From Rhynchopus sp. YZ270_cl-10 (lineage: Eukaryota), in contig OZ037847.1 of NCBI GenBank assembly GCA_964035575.1, positions 1,302,001 through 1,366,000 of the forward strand: DNA of 64,000 nt. The letters run 5' to 3'. This document shows, one piece after another, positions 47,721 to 60,130 of the stretch. Under the pieces are notes generated by a model. That model saw nothing but the letters and a program-made list of their open reading frames with translations, was not told where the DNA came from and made no database searches. Made by a program: the position numbers and the translations under genes. The stretch's first letter is position 1, and each line of letters begins with the position of its first letter.

Positions 47721-48767
47721 TTGTGCAAAAATATACAAACAAACTCAAAGGGCAGAGTTAGTACCCGCGAATTCAAAGAAGGAAACAAAAGGGTGTCAAA
47801 GGTTTTTTTTGAGCGAACCGTATTGGGCATCGTCTAGCATAACTCTATAAAGTAGAGAAAAGTGAGGATTTCGACACACCCCTTAAGAGTACTGTAAAAT
47901 ATGGGTGAATTTGCGAAAAGTTTAACCACTTTATCGAATCGACCCTACCACAGGCTGCGATTGCTCCGAAAATGCAAACCAAACACGGTAATGGGAGGCG
48001 ATTAACTCTAGTCTGGACAAAACAATGTGTGGTCTGACCCCTTTGTCCACTCGCTCTTTTGTATTTATAATTTTAAAATGATATGAATGGGCGCTCTGTG
48101 GTGGTGATTTAACGCATACAGAGGCTTGGGGCTACAACCCTTCACCAACCTTTCTGCACGAAGCGAACTCTCCACAGGAGATGGCTTGTTCATCTTGTTT
48201 TTGTTTTGATTTTTTTTTCTCCTTTTTTGCGATAACAGACTCGTTCAAAATGCCTCCCCCCTTATTTGTTTACGGAAACACTCAATGTCCCACCCCTTTG
48301 CATGAGATCGACTGAGATGCGTTTTAGCACGTTTCAAACTACTATTTGTTTGGTTTTGGGTACACTACCTCCGCATGAATGAGTACCGCACCGATGCTGA
48401 CCCGACCCATTTCAGCACGTTCGCGTAACCCCCCCTGCTTCCTCGAAAACGGAAAGAAAAACACCCATTCCCATGGTGCACACGAAATCCCCAAAACAGA
48501 CCCCCTTGCCCCCCTTTTGATACACCTCCCTCCCCTCTAGGCATACACTCGATGCGAGTCGCATTATCGCACAACTCTGGTCTGGCGAAACATTATCGCT
48601 CATTATCGCACATTCTCACACGATTCTCCGTGGTCAAGTACGTCGAAAATACACCCCTCACCGGGGAATGAATTTTTTTTTACCGCCCCCCTCGAAATGA
48701 AAACCCCAAATCCTAGAAACCCTGTTTCTCCCAAAAAAAAAAAAAAAATTGAGTCACACACACAAAC

Positions 48768-50132
48768 ATGACAGTTCTGCGTTCTGTGCTGGCTGGGCTG
48801 GTTGCGGCGGTGTGTGCTGTCGCGGATGTGCCTGGTGGGCGTGTGGTGCTGCACAGGCGTGAGGACGGCTCTTCTGGGTACCGCCTGCGTCTCGGGAACA
48901 ACTCGACTGCTGCAATCACAAGGCACCACCTTGAGTATGCGCGGGAGGTGATGCGGGAGAAGAGCAGGGCGAGGAAGCAGCGGCAGCGTGATGGGCATGC
49001 TCTCGCGGAAGAGGACTCGGCAGCATGTGTAATTGACAACGGGGGTACAACGATCAAAGCCGGTTTTTCTGGAGACGACGCGCCACGTGCGGTGTTCCCA
49101 AGCATTGTTGGACGTCCCAGGCACCAAGGTGTGATGGTGGGGATGGGTCAGAAAAACGTGTACGTAGGAGACGAAGCCCAAGCAAAGCGTGGAATCCTTG
49201 GAATAAACTACCCTATTGAGCATGGGATTGTGACGAGCTGGGACGACATGGAGGCGGTGTGGCATCACACGTTTTACAACGAGCTCAGGGTTGCACCAGA
49301 GAGACATGGTGTGATGCTGACCGAGGCCCCGCTGAACCCAAAAGCAAACCGTGAAAAGATGACACAGATCATGTTTGAAACATTCAATGTACCGTCGTTT
49401 TACGTTTCCATCCAAGCAGTACTTGCACTCTACGCGTCGGGACGTACCACAGGAGTAGTGGTGGACTCTGGTGGGTCCGTTACACATGTTGTGCCCATCT
49501 ACGAAGGGCACGCGTTGCCGCACGCTGTGCTGAGACTGGATCTTGGAGGACGTGACGTCACCGAGTATATGCAGAAGTTGCTGAGCGAACGTGGGTACTC
49601 GTTCACGACGAGTGCTGAAAAAGAGATTGTGAGGGACATCAAAGAGAAACTGGCATTTGTTTCAACCGACTTTGCTGACGATCTCGATCGTGCAGAAGAA
49701 AGCAGTGATCTGGAACAGGACTACGAACTTCCCGACGGACAGGTCATCACTGTCGGTAGCGAGCGCTTCAGGGCACCTGAGATTCTCTTCAAACCTAATT
49801 GGATTGGGTTGGAGCAGGAAGGACTTCACAAGCTTATTTTTAGCAGCATCATGAAGTGCGATGTGGACATCCGCAAAGAATTGTACGGCAACATAGTATT
49901 TGCAGGTGGGAACACAATGTTTGCAGGAGTTGCGGAACGTACGCAGAAAGAACTAAAGAACCTGGCACCAGACTCGATGACAGTCAGGATCATTGCCCCT
50001 CCTGAGAGGACGTACTCAGCGTGGATCGGAGGATCTATCCTTTCATCCCTTTCCTCGTTTCAGGAAATGTGGATTTTGAAGGAGGAGTATGACGAATCTG
50101 GACCGAGCATTGTGCACCGGAAGTGTACTTAG
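48768..50132 (+). CDS. Divergent actin with about 79-aa N-terminal signal peptide/propeptide extension, copy 1
   Basis: Full actin body ([65 protein letters not shown]) in frame behind [19 protein letters not shown]. Confidence 0.93.
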   Translation: MTVLRSVLAGLVAAVCAVADVPGGRVVLHRREDGSSGYRLRLGNNSTAAITRHHLEYAREVMREKSRARKQRQRDGHALAEEDSAACVIDNGGTTIKAGFSGDDAPRAVFPSIVGRPRHQGVMVGMGQKNVYVGDEAQAKRGILGINYPIEHGIVTSWDDMEAVWHHTFYNELRVAPERHGVMLTEAPLNPKANREKMTQIMFETFNVPSFYVSIQAVLALYASGRTTGVVVDSGGSVTHVVPIYEGHALPHAVLRLDLGGRDVTEYMQKLLSERGYSFTTSAEKEIVRDIKEKLAFVSTDFADDLDRAEESSDLEQDYELPDGQVITVGSERFRAPEILFKPNWIGLEQEGLHKLIFSSIMKCDVDIRKELYGNIVFAGGNTMFAGVAERTQKELKNLAPDSMTVRIIAPPERTYSAWIGGSILSSLSSFQEMWILKEEYDESGPSIVHRKCT

Positions 50133-51083
50133 GTGTTTTTCAGTACTGTAAACTGTTTTACAATTTACTTGCGCGGCACAGCCCACGCTAAGAAGTACCT
50201 AAAAACATGCTATTTTCAACTGTAAGCTGCCAGTAGGGAATTACTGGGGGGAAAGAAAACGGACTTCGCGAAGCTATGTGTTGTGAGTTTTAAGCAGACT
50301 GTCAAAAAGCTTCGCATTTCTTTCCACAGCTTTTTGTTGCTACTTTTTCCTCCCTTTTGATTGTGTTATTTCATTTTTTTTTCTTTGCTTTTTTGAACCT
50401 TGGAAACACACCAGCTGCGTAGTGTACAGGTAAAAGTGGCACCCTAGTAGAGCTGCGATATCAACACACTGCAGTTGGTCCTTTTACACAAAATAATAAA
50501 AAGGCGTAAAACGGGTGCAGCTCCTTTGCTGCTTTCTTGGTTCACTTCCCTCTCCACGCCTCCAAAACATGACAGCCACACCCCGTTTTGCGTGTTTTTT
50601 TTTTTTTTTTTTCCTTTTTTCTTTTTTTTTTTTACTGGTGGATAATGCTCCATCTTTCGATTGAAATTTATATCTTAAACTTTTTACTGGGTCTCCGAGG
50701 AGGTACTGCGACTCTTCCTTTGTTTTTGTTGTTGGTCTACAAAGTGGGCTACCACACTACTGGTGTAGTCGAATCGACCCTACCACATGCTGGGATTGCT
50801 CCGAAAATGCAAAACAAACACGGTAATGGGAGGCGATTAACTCTAGTCTGGACAAGACAATGTGTGGTCTGACCCCTTTGTCCACTCGCTCTTTTGTATT
50901 TATAATTTTAAAATGATATGAATGGACGCTCTGTGGTGGTGATTTAACGCATACAGAGGCTTGGGGCTTGTACAACTCTTTACCAAACTTTGTGTACGAA
51001 GCGAACTCTCCAGAAGATGGCTTGTTCATCTTGTTTTTGTTTTTGTTTTTCTTTTTTCCCCTCTTTGCTTTATTTATTTGTTT

Positions 51084-51866
51084 TGTTTCGCCACCACGAG
51101 TCCACACTTCTTCGGGAACGCTTTCTTCTTGAGTGCATGACCCGCGCCGAACTTGCCAATCTCACCCGCGCCTTCTCTTCCACACACAACCTTACCCCAA
51201 AACTCCTTACCGCCATCATCGATGAATACTGCAAAAAGAAGAACAAAACGGCATCTGTTACGGCCGAGGTGCGTTCTTCTGTTCCGTGCATTGCCATCCT
51301 TCTGAACAGAGCGGTGCACATGAATCAAGAAAAATTGGTCGAACGGCTGTTCCGCATATTCAAAGCAGCATCTACGAGGAAATATAAGCACACTACATTG
51401 CTTGCCATTCTTCACGCCATGACTCTCATAAAGGACGCAGAGCTGGGTGAAAGGGTTGTTCTCCGTATCACTGACATACTAGAAGGGCCTTTCACCTTAC
51501 GAGAGAGCAGTTATTTATTTGCAAAGCTATCTATAGTGATGCCGGGACATGCTGTACAACTTCGGCTTCTTGATGTCATAAGGAAAAAGCTTGCGATCCC
51601 GCAACGGGTAAAGCCGCTTCTTATTGAAATGTTCTTAGAGAAGAAAGGGGTGCAGGGTATAGCTGAGTGGAGGTTTGGTCCGAAGGGAGGTGCACCTCCA
51701 CCTACACCGATAGCACCTAGAACACCCGACGTACCAGATCCTACTGCGCTGTTGGAGGATGCGTTGCAAAAGCACAGTGCACATGACATAGCGGACCTGA
51801 CGGTGCTTGCAGAAGGTTTGCAAAACGGAACAACCGGTTTTGACCGCAGAGACATGGCAGATGTCG
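51084..51866 (+). pseudogene. 783-bp internal duplicate fragment of the gene at 54930-57058
   Basis: Nearly identical to 55267-56049; lacks both ends of the gene. Confidence 0.88.
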
Positions 51867-52165
51867 CACCGCAGACATTGTGTACTCTTTTCCCCCACCC
51901 CATTAACTGCATGTTGCACAGTCCCATGTACAGTTCACCTAAAGACCCTCAGCACCCCTCCCTGATGCCTTTTCATCAGCCTCCCCTCAAGAAAAAGCCT
52001 ACTATTTGACTCATAAGCCCTGTGGCCTGTAGGGAGACGCGCGCGAAGCGCGCAGGCGAGCGTTCTCACCGGGGGAAATTTTTTTTACCGCCCCCCTCGA
52101 AATGAAAAACCCAAATCCTAGAAACCCTGTTTCTCCCAAAAAAAAAAAATTAGTCACACACAAAC

Positions 52166-53524
52166 ATGACAGTTCTGCGTTCTGTGCTGGCTGGGCTGGT
52201 TGCGGCGGTGTGTGCTGTCGCGGATGTGCCTGGTGGGCGTGTGGTGCTGCACAGGCGTGAGGACGGCTCTTCTGGGTACCGCCTGCGTCTCGGGAACAAC
52301 TCGACTGCTGCAATCACAAGGCACCACCTTGAGTATGCGCGGGAGGTGATGCGGGAGAAGAGCAGGGCGAGGAAGCAGCGGCAGCGTGATGGGCATGCTC
52401 TCATGGAAGAGGACCCGGCAGCATGTGTAATTGACAACGGCGCTACAACGATCAGAGCCGGTTTTTCTGGAGACGACGCGCCACGTGCGGTGTTCCCAAG
52501 CATTGTTGGACGTCCCAGGCACCAAGGTGCAATGGTGGGGCTGGGTCAGAAAAACGTGTACGTAGGAAACGAAGCCCAAGCAAAGCGTGGAGTCCTTACA
52601 CTATCATACCCTATTGAGCATGGGATTGTGAAGAACTGGGACGACATGGAGGCGGTGTGGCATCACACGTTTTACAACGAGCTCAGGGTTGCACCAGAAA
52701 AACATGCTATGCTGCTGACCGAGGCCCCGCTGAACCCAAAAGCAAACCGTGAAAAGATGACACAGATCATGTTTGAAACATTCAATGTACCGTCGTTTTA
52801 CGTTTCCATCCAAGCAGTACTTGCACTCTACGCGTCGGGACGTACCACAGGAGTAGTGGTGGACTCTGGTGGGTCCGTTACACATGTTGTGCCCATCTAC
52901 AAAGGGTACGCGTTGCCACACGCTGTGCTGAGACTGGATCTTGGAGGACGTGATGTCACCGAGTATATGCAGAAGTTGCTGAGCGAACGTGGGTACTCGT
53001 TCACGACGAGTGCTGAAAAAGAGATTGTGAGGGACATCAAAGAGAAACTGGCATTTGTTTCAACCGACTTCGATGACGACCTCGATCGTGCAGAAGAAAG
53101 CAGTGATCTGGAACAGGACGACGAACTTCCCGACGGACAGGTCATCACTGTCGGTAGCGAGCGCTTCAGGGCACCTGAGGTTCTCTTCCAGCCTCATTTG
53201 ATTGGGTTGGAGCAGGACGGACTTCACAAGCTTATTTTTAACAGCATCATGAAGTGCGATGTGGACATCCGTAAAGACTTGTACAGCAACATAGTATTTG
53301 CAGGTGGGAACACAATGTTTGCAGGAGTTGCGGAACGTACGCAGAAAGAACTAAAGAACCTGGCACCAGACTCGATGACAGTCAGGGTCATTGCCCCTCC
53401 TGAGAGGAAGGACTCGGTGTGGATCGGAGGATCTCTCCTTTCATCCCTTTCCACGTTTCAGGAAAAGTGGATAACGAGCGAGGAGTATGACGAATCTGGA
53501 CCGAGCATTGTGCACCGGAAGTGA
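52166..53524 (+). CDS. Divergent actin with the same N-terminal extension, copy 2
   Basis: Paralog of 48768-50132; ends IVHRK-stop (TGT to TGA). Confidence 0.92.
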   Translation: MTVLRSVLAGLVAAVCAVADVPGGRVVLHRREDGSSGYRLRLGNNSTAAITRHHLEYAREVMREKSRARKQRQRDGHALMEEDPAACVIDNGATTIRAGFSGDDAPRAVFPSIVGRPRHQGAMVGLGQKNVYVGNEAQAKRGVLTLSYPIEHGIVKNWDDMEAVWHHTFYNELRVAPEKHAMLLTEAPLNPKANREKMTQIMFETFNVPSFYVSIQAVLALYASGRTTGVVVDSGGSVTHVVPIYKGYALPHAVLRLDLGGRDVTEYMQKLLSERGYSFTTSAEKEIVRDIKEKLAFVSTDFDDDLDRAEESSDLEQDDELPDGQVITVGSERFRAPEVLFQPHLIGLEQDGLHKLIFNSIMKCDVDIRKDLYSNIVFAGGNTMFAGVAERTQKELKNLAPDSMTVRVIAPPERKDSVWIGGSLLSSLSTFQEKWITSEEYDESGPSIVHRK

Positions 53525-54929
53525 ACTTATTAGGTGTTTTTCAGTACTGTAAAGTGTTTTACAATTTACTTGCGCGGCACAGCCCACGCTAAGAAGTACC
53601 TAAAAACATGCTATTTTCAACTGTAAGCTGCCAGTAGGGAATTACTGGGGGGAAAGAAAACGGACATCGCGAAGCTATGTGTTGTGAGTTTTAAGCAGAC
53701 TGTCAAAAAGCTTCGCATTTCTTTCCACAGCTTTTTGTTGCTACTTTTTCCTCCCTTTTGATTGTGTTATTTCATTTTTTTTTGCTTTTTTGAACCTTGG
53801 AAACACACCAGCTGCGTAGTGTACAGGTAAAAGTGGCACCCTAGTAGAGCTGCGATATCAACACACTGCAGTTGGTCCTTTTACACAAAATAATAAAAAG
53901 GCGTAAAACGGGTGCAGCTCCTTTGCTGCTTTCTTGGTTCACTTCCCTCTCCACGCCTCCAAAACATGACAGCCACACCCCATTTTGCGCAGGGGTGGGC
54001 GGGCACATCCTGGTTTTAAATACGGAGTGCACTGTTGTTATTTTTAAAAAAGAACTTTGTTTCTTTTACTTTCAAAGACCCCATTATTACTTTTCTTTGC
54101 ACTTTTTTTCCACCCCTTTCTCTCTTATGTTTTCGCTTTCGCGTGCGGGACACTCGCCTCCCCACCCGGGCCACCTTTTTATTGAGGTGCTGTCTACATT
54201 ACCACATAAGAACAAAGATACGCTTTCTTGAGTTTGTGTTTTTTTTTTCTTCTTGAAAGATGTGTGCGTCCTTTATCACCTGTCATCTTTCTTTCTGTCT
54301 TCCCTTTTAAAACCCTCTGGTTGTCCATGAAGAGCTAAGGGTAGCACAATTAAAAATATTGTGTTGTGTGATGCGTGCGGAACTGATTTTTGGGGAGACA
54401 CTAAACACGATTTTTAATTGTGCTACTCTATTTAGAGTCTAGTATTTCGATTATTAGAGAATAGTTAGAGTTTTCGAAACTCTAATACTACCACCTGATT
54501 TTTCTTGTTCATCTTGTTCTTGTTTTGATTTTCCCCTAATTTTTTGTTTGCGATAACAGACTCGTTCAAAAATGCCTCCCCCCTTATTTGTTGTTTACGG
54601 AAACACTCATGTCCCACCCTTTGCATGAGATCGACTGAGATGCGTTTTAGCACGTTTCAAACTACTATTTGTTTGGTTTTGGGTACACTACCTCCGCATG
54701 AATGAGTACCGCACCGATGCTGACCCGACCCATTTCAGCACGTTCGCGTAAACCCCCCCTGCTTCCTCGAAAACGGAAAGAAAAACACCCATTCCCATGG
54801 TGCACACGAAATCCCCAATACAGACCCCCCTTTCTAGGGGAACCCCACACACACACCCTTTGTGAATCCTACACATTTTCCTTCCTTTTTTCCCCCATTT
54901 TTTATCGTTCATTTGGCCAACCCATTACG

Positions 54930-57058
54930 ATGACATGGCGAAGAGTTGCACCAGTGGACATGACGTCTGCACTGAAATACTTTGGCACAGCAAGGGTAGT
55001 GCACACACCTTTGGCAAACGCTGTAAGCTGCTTTGTTGCAGAACGGTCCGCACCTTACCAGGACGTGAGCACACTGGTCAACGTTTTGGGGGACATGCAG
55101 AGCAGTTCTTCGAACTTCCACCTCGACGAGAAAGTGTCAATGGTGGCAATACCAACACTCCTGACACATGCCACAAAACGCCATCCACAGTCGCACACCG
55201 ATGTCGTCCGATTCTTAGAAGGGGCAAGCAAGCTGAAGGATCATACCGGACATAACTGGTCAGATGTGTTTCGCCACCACGAATCCACACTTCTTCGGGA
55301 ACGCTTTCTTCTTGAGTGCATGACCCGCGCCGAACTTGCGGATCTCACCCGCGCCTTCTCTTCCACACAAAACCTTACCCCAAAACTCCTTACCGCCATC
55401 ATCGATGAATACTGCAAAAAGAAGAACAAAACGGCATCTGTTACGGCCGAGGTGCGTTCTTCTGTTCCGTGCATTGCCATCCTTCTGAACAGAGCGGTGC
55501 ACATGAATCAAGAAAAATTGGTCGAACGGCTGTTCCGCATATTCAAAGCAGCATCTACGAGGAAATATAAGCACACTACATTGCTTGCCATTCTTCACGC
55601 CATGACTCTCATAAAGGACGCAGAGCTGGGTGAAAGGGTTGTTCTCCGTATCACTGACATACTAGAAGGGCCTCTCACCTTACGAGAGAGCAGTTATTTA
55701 TTTGCAAAGCTATCTATAGTGATGCCGGGACATGCTGTACAACTTCGGCTTCTTGATGTCATAAGGAAAAAGCTTGCGATCCCGCAACGGGTAAAGCCGC
55801 TTCTTATTGAAGTGTTCTTAGAGAAGAAAGGGGTGCAGGGTATAGCTGAGTGGAGGTTTGGTCCGAAGGGAGGTGCACCTCCACCTACACCGATAGCACC
55901 TAGAACACCCGACGTACCAGATCCTACTGCGCTGTTGGAGGATGCGTTGCAAAAGCACAGTGCACATGACATAGCGGACCTGACGGTGCTTGCAGAAGGT
56001 TTGCAAAACGGAACAACCGGTTTTGACCGAAAAGATATGGCAGATGTCGTAGAGTATCTGTTAGTCTCCTGCTTTGCCATTTCCCTAGCAGAAACCCTTC
56101 CCTCAGAAACCCTTGAAAAGGTCCTAAAAATATCAGCAACCTGCGCAAAGTTGGGTTTCAGACTTCCGCCGCTTCTCTTCCAATTGGTTGAAATTGTTAA
56201 ATCCGGGAGGGATGTCTCGATTGAGTGTCTAAAGGTGTTGAGTCTTTCCGATACTCCGGTCATTGAATTGTTTGAACCGTTGTGTGAAGAATTGGAGGTA
56301 AAGGGGGGGTCTGAGGCTTCAGTTGTTTTGCATGTTTTGTTGCATCTGCAGAGGTTGGAACGGAAAGGTGTGTGTGTAGCGGGATGTGTTGCCAAGGTGA
56401 CTGCTGCCCTTCGTGCAAGCCTGCCACGTATTGTCCCGCGGATCGGTGCAGAGCTGCAGGGGAATAGCCTCAACGCAAATGCTTCGTTTCTGCTCCTCGC
56501 ATCGAAGGTCGCACAGCGCTGTACCGACCCAACCACATCGGACCTCTGCACCCAGCTGGCAGAGGCGGTGGGAAAGCGGGTTGCAAAGGACGAAGGCAGA
56601 TCATCACGGAATGCATATCTTCAACCTGCGTTTGTTGAAAATGTTTGTAAGGTATGCTCCCCCTTTTTCAAAAAAAAATTGATTACGATACCTTCGGATC
56701 CAACATGATCCCCACAACTGGGTGCAATAATTTAGCAACAAACAAAAATGGGAAAAAAAAGAACCAATCGAGATCAGTTCCCAGGGCTAGTCTGAAAAGG
56801 CCAAGAAGCGCACCCACACTACCTCGGTAGAGCGAAAGAGAACAGGACTGGTACCAAAGTAAAACAAAAATAATAAACCTCCCATAACAGGCGTTGCAGA
56901 AGCACGGCATCGACAACAGCCTTTGGTTGAAAAGACGCAGCCCACAGACAGAGCTTCAATGGGTCGCCAAGCAGAGCAAGGAAGATGACTTCCGAGACGT
57001 CCAACGCACCCTCAAGGAACGGCGCACACTGCAGGAGGTGATGGTGCGTGGGGTGTGA
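54930..57058 (+). CDS. Hypothetical Leu-rich, probably alpha-helical protein; exons 54930-56651 and 56891-57058
   Basis: Long ORF; AAG|GTATGC donor and TAACAG acceptor give an in-frame 56-codon last exon; no recognised motif. Confidence 0.75.
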
Positions 57059-57359
57059 TGGTGCGCAACACACACACACACGGAGGTGCGGTGCTCGCTG
57101 CAGGGAAGGAGGGGTTCTTTACACAGGGAATCGGTCCCCCCCCCCCCCCCCTCCGCTCTCCTTCCCCCCTCTCCCCCCTAACTTCCAAAGAAACAAAAAA
57201 AACCCCCCCGAGAAAGTGTTACTGCACCCAACTCTCGACAGAAACGTTTCCCGAAACCAAAAACAAAGTGCCCCCATCCTTCTACCCCCATTGTTTTTCT
57301 CTTTTTTTTTGTTCTGTTAACAATTCACTACCCATTGTACAGCACCCTGCATTCGAAAA

Positions 57360-59168
57360 ATGGATGTTGGTGAGGACTTCGTTGTCGTGACTGACGACGG
57401 TGGACGGTACAGTGGTGCGCAGGAGGTGGTCACTGCAGCGTCGTGGGCAGAGCTGCTGCAATATGATGCTGGCAAAAGTGACGATCATGAGTGCACATGG
57501 TGGCGTGGGACTGAGTCAGAGATACGAGACAACGTAGCGCGCACAGCTCGTTCACAACGTGCCAACGAGCATGCCGCCCTGGCCTACGCTATGCACCAAC
57601 ACGAGCGAGAGGAAGAACTCTTTGCGTCCGACCAGTCGTCAGAGCCAGAGTCGCAAGCAAGCGACCACTCCAGCGACGACGCACCGTTCAGTACAAAGCG
57701 ACGTAGGTTGAAGCTGAAACCGTCCGCATCTGAAACCGTGCAAGGCACCCCTGCCTCTGGTGAGGACTACAACGCGTCGATCGCACTGCTGCAGGAAACA
57801 GGCACCGTGCTCTCTAATGCGATCTACAGGAAGCGCAGCGGGCACTACATCGCACCCGAGCAGAGCGGTGGCAGGGTGAGACACAGCCTGAGCCACAAGG
57901 CCTTCCACAATGCGTCCTCGCATGCGCCGAGCCAGTTCATCTCGCTGTTGTGCGTCAAGGCGGAGGATGCAGGGCGTCTCTGCCTGGAAGAAGATGACGA
58001 CACCCTCACGATCCGTGTCAACGACGCCGTCGATGACGCGCCTGCCCTCGCAGATGTGTACTCGGGGCCGCACATCTCCTCCATCAACGCTGCCGAAGAA
58101 GTGCATGCAAAAGGGCGTGCCCTGCTCTGGACTGCGCTAGGCTCAATCGTGGCACGACAAAACTCAAACCTCGACTTCTCCACAAACATCCGTCTCCGCC
58201 TCAGATTAGGCTCCAAAGTGATCCGAAGCCACTCACGTCTCGCACACAACCTGCGCCGGTCGTGCATCTCCCACAACGGTGTCGACACGCAAACTTCGGA
58301 CACCGTCTGCGAGGTGATCAACCGCCACGGTACGCAGGACACACAGTTCAACGACTTCATTGAGAAGCCGGAGTTTGACCGCATTGAGCATTCGCTGCTG
58401 TCTCTGCAGAACACACTGCTGAAGCATGTTCGGTCCGAGGCATTTCAGTTTCATGTGTTTTTTGGGCGGGAGCGGTTTAGGGTGACTTGTGTACAGCCTC
58501 AGGATTCATTGGTTGTCACGAAGGTGAAGAACAACTCTAATAAATACGTTTCCGTTGATGTGCTGCACCCACATGGACACGACTACCGGTACGACGTGCG
58601 CACGACGGACAACGTGCCGCAGCAGTCTGAGACCTTTGAGCACCTGGCCTCTGTGTTGGGCTGCTTTGGATATGAAGCGTCTGGGCTGACCATGCTGAAG
58701 ACGCCGCCGTTCTCGAGCGAACGGATTGGCTTCAGTACACTGCGCTACAAACGGAAACAGCAGTTCCACGTTCCTGGGTGCGGCCTTGGCGCGAGCGAGG
58801 GCGCCACGAAGGTGTCGCTGTCGCGCACACTGCAGATCGGCTTCCGCGTGCGTGACGTCTCGATGCTGTCGCTTGGCTTCGTCACCTTCGACACCTGCAA
58901 CGAGCGCCACGAGGTCGGTGCACAGCTGCTCTCAACCAAAGCCCTATTCGACCGCTTCAAACGCGGCCAGGTCGAACTCAGCAGCAACATCTCTGCCACC
59001 GTCATGAACGACTGTCGCCACCTCTTCCCCCACGCATTGGCCGCCCTGTCGCAGATCTCAGTCATGGAGGCAACCAGGATAGACACACTGCAACGTCAAA
59101 CGCAAGCCCCGATCACGGTATCAGCGCAGAACCGAGAGGAGATGGAGGACGACAGCGACGAGGTTTAA
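57360..59168 (+). CDS. Hypothetical protein, 602 aa
   Basis: Long GC-rich ORF after a polypyrimidine tract; KRRRLK basic patch; no recognised domain. Confidence 0.8.
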   Translation: MDVGEDFVVVTDDGGRYSGAQEVVTAASWAELLQYDAGKSDDHECTWWRGTESEIRDNVARTARSQRANEHAALAYAMHQHEREEELFASDQSSEPESQASDHSSDDAPFSTKRRRLKLKPSASETVQGTPASGEDYNASIALLQETGTVLSNAIYRKRSGHYIAPEQSGGRVRHSLSHKAFHNASSHAPSQFISLLCVKAEDAGRLCLEEDDDTLTIRVNDAVDDAPALADVYSGPHISSINAAEEVHAKGRALLWTALGSIVARQNSNLDFSTNIRLRLRLGSKVIRSHSRLAHNLRRSCISHNGVDTQTSDTVCEVINRHGTQDTQFNDFIEKPEFDRIEHSLLSLQNTLLKHVRSEAFQFHVFFGRERFRVTCVQPQDSLVVTKVKNNSNKYVSVDVLHPHGHDYRYDVRTTDNVPQQSETFEHLASVLGCFGYEASGLTMLKTPPFSSERIGFSTLRYKRKQQFHVPGCGLGASEGATKVSLSRTLQIGFRVRDVSMLSLGFVTFDTCNERHEVGAQLLSTKALFDRFKRGQVELSSNISATVMNDCRHLFPHALAALSQISVMEATRIDTLQRQTQAPITVSAQNREEMEDDSDEV

Positions 59169-59483
59169 CCAGAGTAATCGGACCGAGGAAACATTTTTTT
59201 GGGGGGTTTTTGGGGTTTTTTTATTTACCCATGCTATGAAGGGTGTTTGCACTCGGAGCACCAACAGTCATGCTAGACCCTGCTCTACCACAGAGTGAGG
59301 CCCACTGTCGGTACAGCATGGGACGCCAAGAGAGATGTCGTTTCCCCTACTGCTTTCATCGTACGTGGGTCAGTCGGATACCCGCATCAACAACTACCAT
59401 TTTCCCCTCCCCTTTTTTTGTCCACACCCCAACCCCCGCAGCACCACCTCACCACGTGCGAAGGTCGGGGTATCGAGGGCAAC

Positions 59484-59789
59484 ATGTATCAGGAGGAGGT
59501 AATAACACTACCGCAACCACCAACAAGAGAGGAGAGGGTCAGAAAATGGTTGGCCGAGAAAAGACTGGTTCAGGTCACTCCGAACATTGTTGCAGTGGTG
59601 TCTGCGTGCCTGGCTGTATCGGCGTTGAGCGAGGTGGACGGCTTTGAAATCCCAGACACCACTGCCCCGGTACCTGCCGTCGAACTAACATGCGAAGGAG
59701 GAAGAAAACGAACCCATGCAGAAATGGAGCAAAAACAGACGGTTCAAGAAGGTGACCCCTGGGAAAGATTTCGAACGTACGTCTACTGA
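59484..59789 (+). CDS. Hypothetical short ORF or exon
   Basis: Coding-like sequence MYQEEVITLPQPPTREERVRKWL; possible GTACGT donor near its end. Confidence 0.5.
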   Translation: MYQEEVITLPQPPTREERVRKWLAEKRLVQVTPNIVAVVSACLAVSALSEVDGFEIPDTTAPVPAVELTCEGGRKRTHAEMEQKQTVQEGDPWERFRTYVY

Positions 59790-60130
59790 CGAGGTTGGTG
59801 CATTACTAAGCGATTCACATTCTAGCCCCGCAAAGGTTTGGTTTGGTCTCTTTGCCCAACGCCTTTGCGAAAGTCTCTCAATGGGGTGCCCAGGGGTGGT
59901 GTGTTTAGGATATGTCGCAATGAGGACATCCTTGCCCTGCGGAGAAAAAAATAGGAACCCCCATTGGAGGTGTGTGTGACAAGACAGCATTTTATCAAGT
60001 TTTGTACTCAATGCTGCCCGATATTCATTTTAAAGTAAAAATGGGAATAAGTAGACCCCCTCCAGATTTCACCTTTTTTTTTGTACCATCACCCCCCCCC
60101 CCATATAGTACACCTATTTCACGCCAGGTT

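Noticed and set aside
50990..52009. 339-aa ORF as an independent gene
   Set aside because: Internal duplicate fragment joined to low-complexity flanks
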